This document shows positions 56,401 to 64,000 of a stretch of DNA of 64,000 nt, one piece after another. Within the stretch, counting starts at the first letter, position 1. The number at the start of each line of letters is the position of its first letter. The notes beneath the pieces were generated by a model that saw only the letters and a list, made by a program, of their open reading frames with translations, made no database searches and had not been told where the DNA came from. The position numbers and the translations under genes were made by a program. Origin of the DNA: the human T2T-CHM13v2.0 reference genome, Homo sapiens; NCBI RefSeq assembly GCF_009914755.1, contig NC_060933.1, one strand, 5' to 3'.

Positions 56401-59400
56401 TTCCATTCCACTCGGGTTGATTGCAATGTATTCCTTTCCATTCCATTCCATTCCATTGCAATCGAGTTGATTCCATTGCTTTGCATTCCATTCCATTCCA
56501 TTCCATTCCGGATGATTCCATTCCATTGCATTCCGTTCCATTCCATTCCCCTGCACTCGCGTTGATTCCATGCCATTCCACTCCATTCCGTTCCATTCCA
56601 TTCCATTGCATTGTATTCGGGTTAATTCCATTCCATTCCATTCCATTCCATTCCAGGCCTTTCCAATCCATTCCACTCGGGTTGATTCCATTCTATTAGT
56701 TTCCATTCCATTCCATTCCCTTCCATTCCACTCTGGTTGATTCCATTCCTTTCCATTCCACTCGAATACATTCCCTCCTATTCCACTCGGAACGATTCCA
56801 TTCCATTCCATTCCATTCCATTCCATTCCATTCCATTCCATTCCATTTCGTTCCATTCCATTCTATTCCGTATCATTCCATTCCATTCCATTCCATTCCA
56901 TTCCATTCCATTCCATTCCATCCCATTCCATTCCATTCCACTCCTGTTGATTCCATTCCTTTCCATTCCATTCGGTTTGAAGGCATTCCATTCCATTCCA
57001 TTCCATTCCATTCCATTCCATTGTACTCGGGTTGATTCCACTCCATTGCATTCCATTCCATTCCATTCCGTTGCATTCCATTCCATTACATTCGGATTGA
57101 ATCCATTCCATTGCATTCCATTCCATTCCATTCCATTCCATTCCATTCCGTTCCATTCCATTTCATTACATTCAGATTGATTCTATTCAATTCCCTTACA
57201 CTCCATTATATTCCAAACCATTATGGTTGTTTCCATTGCATTCCGTTCCATTTCACTCCATTCCATTGCACTCGGGTTGATTCCATTCCATTCCATTCCA
57301 TTCCATTCCATTCCATTCCTTTCCATTCCGGATGATTCCATTCCATTGCATTCCATTGCATTCCAGTCCCCTGCACTCGGGTTGATTCCATTCCATTCCA
57401 TTCCATTACATTCCGATCCATTCCATTCCATTCCATTCGGATTGATTCTATTCAATTCCCTTACACTCAATTCCATTCCATTCCATTCGGGTAGTTTCCA
57501 TTCCATTCCATTCCATTCCTCTCCATTCCATTGCACTCGGGTTGATTCCATTCCATTCCATTCCATTCCATTCCATTCCATTCCTTTACATTACATTACA
57601 TTACATTCCGTTCCATTGTACTCGGGTTGATTCCATTCCATTGCATTCCATTCCATTCCATTCCATTCCATTCCATTCCGTTCCATTCCATTACATTCGG
57701 ATTGATTCTATTCAACTCCCTTACTCTCCATTACATTCCATTCCATTCGGGTTGTTCCATTCCATTCCATTCCATTCCACTCCATTCCATTGCACTCGGG
57801 TTGATTCCATTCCATTCCATTCCATTCCATTCCATTCCATTCCATTCCATTCCGGATGATTCCATTCCATTGCATTCCGTTCCATTACATTCCCCTGCAC
57901 TCGCGTTGATTCCATTCCATTCCATTCCATTCCATTCCATTCCATTCCATTCCGTTCCGTTCCATTCCATTCCATTCCATTCTATTCGGGTTAATTCCAT
58001 TCCATTCCATTCGATTGCAATCGAGTTGATTCCATTCCATTCCATTCCATTTCATTCCATTCCATTCCATTCCATTCCACTCCACTCCATTCCATTCCAT
58101 TCCATTCCTTTCCATTCCATTACGGATGATTCCATTCCATTGCATTCCATTCCATTCCATTCCCCTGCACTCGGGTTGATTCCATTCCATTCCATTCCAA
58201 TCCATGCCATTCCACTCGTGTTGATTCCATTCTTTCCATTCCATTCAAGTTGAATCCATTCCATTGCATTCCATTCCATTCGATTCCATTCGATTGCACT
58301 CGGGTTGATTCCATTCCATTGCATTCCATTCCATTCCATTCCATTCCATTCCATTCCATTCCATTCCGTTCCATTCCATTCCATTACATTCGGATTGATT
58401 CTATTCAATTCCCTTACACTCCATTCCATTCCATTCCGTTCCATTCCATTCCATTACATTCGGATTGATTATATTCAATTCCCTTACTCTCCATTTCATT
58501 CCATTCCATTCGGGTAGTTTCCATTCCATTCCATTCCATTCCTCTCCATTCCATTGTACTCGGGTTGATTCCATTCCATTGCATTCCATTCCATTCCATT
58601 CAATTCCTTTCCGTTCCATTCCATTCCATTACATTCAGATTGATTCTGTTCAATTCCCTTACTCTCCATTACATTCCATTCCATTCGGGTTGATCCATTC
58701 CATTCCATTCCATTCCACTCCATTCCATTGCATTCGGGTTTATTCCATTCCATTCCATTCCATTCCATTCAATTCCATTCCATTACAATTCGTTCCATTC
58801 CATTCTATTCCGTACCATTCCATTCGATTCCATACCATTCCATTCCATTCCATTCCATTCCATTCCGTTCCATTCCGTTCCATTCCATACCATTCCATTC
58901 TATTCGGATTAATTCCTTTCCATTCCATGCCATTCCATTCTATTCCATTCCATTGCAATCGAGTTGAATCCATTGCATTTCATTCCATTCCAATCCATTC
59001 CATTCCATTCCGGAAGATTCCATTCCATTGCATTCCATTCCATTGCATTCCCCTGCACTCGCGTTGATTCCATTCCATTCCATTCCAATCCATTCCATTC
59101 CGTTCCGTTCCGTTCCGTTCCATTCCATTCCATTCCGTTCCGTTCCGTTCCATTCCATTCCATTCCATTATATTCGGGTTAATTCCATTCCATTCCATTC
59201 GATTGCAATCGAGTTGATTCCATTCCATTCCATTCCATTCCATTCCATTCCATTCCATTCTATTCCATTCCATTCCTTTCCATTGCATTACAGATGATTC
59301 CATTCCATTGCATTCCATTCCATTCCATTCCCCTGTACTCGGGTTGATTCCATTCCATTCCATTCCAATCCATGCCATTCCACTCGTGTTGATTCCATTC

Positions 59401-59790
59401 TTTCCATTCCATTCAAGTTGAATCCATTCCATTGCATTCCATTCCATTCGATTCCATTCGATTGCACTCGGGTTGATTCCATTCCATTGCATTCCATTCC
59501 ATTCCATTCCATTCCATTCCATTCCATTCCATTCCGTTCCATTCCATTTCATTACATAAAAATTGATACTATTCAATTCCCTTACACTCCATTATATTCC
59601 AATCCATTCTGGTTGTTTCCATTCCATTCCATTCCATTTCACTCCATTCCATTGCACTCGGGTTGATTCCATTCCATTCCATTCCATTGCATTCCATTCC
59701 ATTCCATTCCGGATGGTTCCATTCCATTGCATTCCATTCAATTCCATTCCCCTGCACTCGGGTTGATTCCATTCCATTCCATTCCATTAC
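41290..59790 (+). repeat. ~9.2-9.4-kb tandem super-duplication, structure (A-A-B)(A-A'-x-B)
   Basis: ORFs 41517/50877 and 41636/50996 offset 9360. B-block private markers AAACCATTATGG (48060/57215) and ATAAAAATTGATACT (50411/59556) offset 9155/9145. Junction near 50650. Confidence 0.85.
41650..47550 (+). repeat. ~2.88-kb near-identical tandem duplication (unit A, 2 copies plus a short third start)
   Basis: ORF pairs 41716/44601, 42326/45211, 42649/45534 (offset 2885) and 43998/46868 (2870). Confidence 0.9.
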
Positions 59791-62700
59791 ATTCCGTTCC
59801 ATTCCATTCCATTCCATTCGGATTGATTCTATTCAATTCCCTTACACTCTATTACATTCCATTCCATTCGGGTAGTTTCCATTCCATTCCATTCCATTCC
59901 TCTCCATTCTATTGCACTCGGGTTGATTCCATTCCATTCCATTCCATTCCATTCCATTACATTACATTACATTACATTCCGTTCCATTGTACTCGGGTTG
60001 ATTCCATTCCATTGCATTCCATTCCATTCCATTCCATTCCATTCCATTCCATTCCGTTCCATTCCATTACATTCGGATTGATTCTATTCAACTCCCTTAC
60101 GATCCACTACATTCCATTCCATTCGGGTTGTTCCATTCCATTCCATTCCATTCCGTTCCATCCCATTCCGGATGATTCCATTCCATTGCATTCCGTTCCA
60201 TTACATTACCCTGCACTCGGGTTGATTCCATTCCATTCCATTCCATTCCATTCGATTCCATTCCATTCCAATTCTTTCCATTCCATTCTATTCCGTACCA
60301 TTCCATTCCATTCCATACAATTCCATTCCATTCCATTCCACTCCGTTCCGTTGCGTTCCGTTCCGTTCCGTTCCGTTCCATTCCATTCCATTCCATTCTA
60401 TTCGGTTTAATTCCATTCCATTCCATTCCATTCCATTCTATTCCATTCCATTGCAATCGAGTTGAATCCATTGCATTCCATTCCATTCCATTCCATTCCA
60501 TTCCATTCTATTCCGGAAGATTCCATTCCATTGCATTCCATTCCATTCCATTCCATTCCATTCCATTCCATTCCATTCCATTCCATTGTGCTCGGGTTGA
60601 TTCCATTCCAATGCATTCCATTCCATTCCATTCCATTCCATTCCATTCCATTCCATTACATTTGGATTGATTCTTTTCAACTCCCTTACTCTCCATTACA
60701 TTTCATTCAATTCGGGTTGTTCCATTCCATTCCATTCCATTCCATTCCATTCCATTCCATTCCATTGCACTTGGGTTGATTCCATTCCATTCCATTCCAT
60801 TCCATTCCGGATGATTCCATTCCATTGCATTCCGTTCCATTACATTCCCCTACACTCGGGTTGATTCCATTCCATTCCATTCCATTCCATTCGATTCCAT
60901 TCCATTCCCCTGCACTCGCGTAGATTCCATTCCATTCCATTCCATTCCATTCCATTCCATTCCATTCCAGTCCTTTCCATTCCATTCCACTCGGGTTGAT
61001 TCCATTCTATTAGTTTCCATTCCATTCCATTCCCTTCCATTCCACTCTGGTTGATTCCATTCCTTTCCATTCCACTCGAATACATTCCCTCCTTTCCACT
61101 CGGAACGATTCCATTCCATTCCATTCCATTCCATTCCATTCCATTTCGTTCCATTCCATTCTATTGCATATCATTCCATTCCATTCCATTCCAATCCATT
61201 CCTTTCCATTCCACTCGTGTTGATTCCATTCCTTTCTATTCCATTCGGTTTGAAGGCATTCCATTCCATTCCATTCCATTCCATTCCATTCCATTCCATT
61301 CCATTGTACTCGGGTTGATTCCATTCCATTGCATTCCATTCCATTCCATTCCATTCCATTCCGTTGCATTCCATTCCATTACATTCGGATTGATTCTATT
61401 CAACTCCCTTACTCTCCATTACATTCCATTCCATTCGGGTTGTTCCATTCCATTTCATTCCATTCCACTCCATTCCCCTGCACTCGCGTTGATTCCATTC
61501 CATTCCATTCCATTCCATTCCATTCCGTTCCGTTCCGTTCCATTCCATTCCATTCCATTCCATTCCATTCCGTTCCGTTCCATTCCATTCCATTCCATTC
61601 TATTCGGGTTAATTCCATTCCATTCCATTCGATTGCAATCGAGTTGATTCCATTCCATTCCATTCCATTCCATTCCACTCCATTCCATTCCATTCCATTC
61701 CTTTCCATTCCATTACGGATGATTCCATTCCATTGCATTCCATTCCATTCCATTCCCTTGTACTCGGGTTGATTAAATTCCATTCCATTCCAATCCATGC
61801 CATTCCACTCGTGTTGATTCCATTCTTTCCATTCCATTCAAGTTGAATCCATTCCATTTCATTCCATTCCATTCGATTCCATTCGATTGCACTCGGGTTG
61901 ATTCCATTCCATTGCATTCCATTCCATTCCATTCCATTCCATTCCATTCCATTCCATTCCGTTCCATTCCATTCCATTACATTCGGATTGATTCTATTCA
62001 ATTCCCTTACACTCCATTCCATTCCTTTCCATTCCATTCCATTCCGTTCCATTCCATTCCATTACATTCGGATTGATTCTATTCAATTCCTTTACACTCC
62101 ATTACATTCCATTCCATTCGGGTAGTTTCCATTCCATTCCATTCCATTCCTCTCCATTCCATTGTACTCGGGTTGATTCCATTCCATTGCATTCCATTCC
62201 ATTCCATTCCCCTGCACTCGCGTTGATTCCATTCCATTCCATTCCATTCCATTCCATTCCATTCCATTGCATTCCTTTCCGTTCCATTCCATTCCATTCC
62301 ATTACATTCCATTCCATTCCGTTCCATTCTGTACCATTCCATTCCATTCCATTCTATTCGGGTTAATTCCATTCCATTCCATTCGATTGCAATCTAGTTG
62401 ATTCCATTCCATTGCATTCCATTCCTTTCCATTCCATTACGGATGATTCCATTCCATTGCATTCCATTCCATTCCATTCCCCTGTACTCGGGTTGATTTC
62501 ATTCCATTCCATTCCTATCCATGCCATTCCACTCGTGTTGATTCCATTCTTTCCATTCCATTCAAGTTGAATCCATTCCATTGCATTCCATTCCATTCCA
62601 TTCCCCTGCAGTCGGGTTGATTCCATTCCATTCCATTCCTTTCCATTCCATTCCATTCCATTCCGTTCCATTCCATTGCATTCCATTCTATTCGGGTTAA

Positions 62701-64000
62701 TTCCATTCCATTCCATTCCATTCCATTCCATTCCAATCGAGTTGATTCCAGTCCATTCTATTCCATTCCATTCCACTCCATTCCAGTCCTTTCCATTCCA
62801 TTCCACTCGGGTAGATTCCAATGTATTCCATTCCTTTCCATTCCGTTCCATTGCAATCGAGATGATTCCATTGCTTTGCATTCCATTCCATTCCATTCCA
62901 TTCCGGATGATTCCATTCCATTGCATTCCATTCCATTCTAATCCCCTGCACTCGGGTTGATTCCATTCCATTCCACTCCATTCCGTTGCATTCAATTCCA
63001 TTCCATTCCATTGTATTAGGGTTAATTCCATTCCATTCCATTCCATTCCATTCCATTCCATTCCATTCCATTCCATTACAATCGAGTTGATTCCATTCCA
63101 TTCCATTCCATTCCAGTCCTTTCCATTCCATTCCACTCGGGTGGATTCCATTCTATTAGTTTCCATTCCATTCCATTCCCTTCCATTCCACTCTGGTTGA
63201 TTCCATTCCTTTCCATTCCACTGGAATACATTCCCTCCTATTCCACTCAGAACGATTCCATTCCATTCCATTCCATTCCATTCCGGAAGATTCCATTCCA
63301 TTGCATTCCATTCCATTACATTCCCCTGCTCTCGCGTTGATTCCATTCCATTCTATTCCATTCCATTCAATTCCATTCCATTACAATTCGTTCCATTCCA
63401 TTCTATTCCGTACCATTCCATTCGATTCCATACCATTCCATTCCATTCCATTCCATTCCATTCCGTTCCATTCCGTTCCATTCCATTCAATTCCATTCTA
63501 TTCGGATTAATTCCCTTCCATTCCATTCCATTCCATTCCATTCCATTGCAATAGAGTTGAATCCATTGCATTTCATTCCATTCCAATCCATTCCATTCCA
63601 TTCCGGAAGATTCCATTCCATTGTATTCCATTCAATTCCATTCCCCTGCACTCGCGTTGATTCCATTCCATTCTATTCCATTCCATTCCATTCCATTCCG
63701 TTCCGTTCCATTCCATTCCATTCCATTCCATTCCATTCCGTTCCATTCCATTCCATTCCATTGTATTCGGGTTAATTCCATTCCATTCCATTCGATTGCA
63801 ATCTAGTTGATTCCATTCCATTCCATTCCATTCCATTCCATTCCTTTCCATTCCATTAGGGATGATTCCATTCCATTGCATTCCATTCCATTCCATTCCC
63901 CTGTACTCGGGTTGATTCCATTCCATTCCATTCCAATCCATGCCATTCCACTCGTGTTGATTCCATTCTTTCCATTCCATTCAAGTTGAATCCATTCCAT

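Larger units (their letters stand above)
1..64000 (+). repeat. Human Satellite III (HSat3) pericentromeric (CATTC)n/(GGAAT)n array, CAACCCGAGT-type (HSat3B-like; the type classically described at 9q12)
   Basis: Seen: continuous ATTCC pentamer runs end to end, C-rich strand always on +, repeatedly interrupted by ACTCGGGTTGATTCC (reverse complement CAACCCGAGT(GGAAT)n). Established: this is the Satellite III consensus. It lacks the CATTCGATTC-dominated texture of HSat2 and any 171-bp alpha-satellite monomer. Subfamily and chromosome assignment are inference (about 0.6). Confidence 0.98.
1..64000. promoter_or_regulatory. Dense TEAD/MCAT-type motif (CATTCC) platform
   Basis: CATTCCA is the basic repeat, and RCATTCCA versions occur at many ATTGCATTCC / ATTACATTCC variants. 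CATTCC is the established TEAD (MCAT) core. Occupancy at this locus is not shown by the sequence. Confidence 0.45.

Noticed and set aside
530-59790. Many duplication lengths are multiples of 5 (2500, 4800, 2885, 9360) despite internal register shifts
   Set aside because: Few and non-independent cases, and 4491/4496 and 1213 are counter-examples; compatible with chance.
32-64000. Hundreds of overlapping ORFs (MEWNG... on -, IPFHS... on +), up to 385 aa
   Set aside because: (ATTCC)n and (GGAAT)n contain no stop codon in any frame and translate with a 15-nt period. The ORFs overlap in all six frames, have no domain-like content and end at satellite variant modules. Not called as CDS.
1-64000. 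Alpha satellite/CENP-B boxes, HSat2, DYZ1 3.56-kb periodicity, Alu/L1 insertions, strand inversions
   Set aside because: None seen: no 171-bp monomers, no non-satellite segment, no poly(A)/TSD, no switch to GGAAT runs on +, and no regular 3.56-kb period.

Overview
The whole 64 kb is a single-orientation human-type Satellite III (HSat3) array. It consists of (CATTC)n pentamers on the + strand ((GGAAT)n on the - strand), interrupted by the classical CAACCCGAGT decamer (+ strand ACTCGGGTTG) and a small vocabulary of other divergent modules. I find no genes, RNA genes, transposon insertions, CRISPR arrays or inversions. All predicted ORFs (MEWNG/IPFHS repeats) are translation artefacts of a stop-free pentamer, and I do not find a novel protein-coding system. 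The array is not random. It is built from nested duplications (60 bp, 525 bp, 580 bp, ~1.2 kb, ~2.9 kb, ~4.5 kb x3, ~4.8 kb, ~7 kb and ~9.3 kb) whose junctions fall in shared modules. The most interesting sequence-level signals are (i) about 34 perfect three-unit heat-shock elements (aTTCc-gGAAg-aTTCc), most with a central CpG; (ii) recurrent palindromes in an otherwise extremely strand-asymmetric sequence; and (iii) roughly 115 pentamer register shifts that all go in the same (deletion) direction. All counts, offsets and boundaries were read by eye from the sequence and ORF track. Duplication boundaries are approximate to a few tens of bp.
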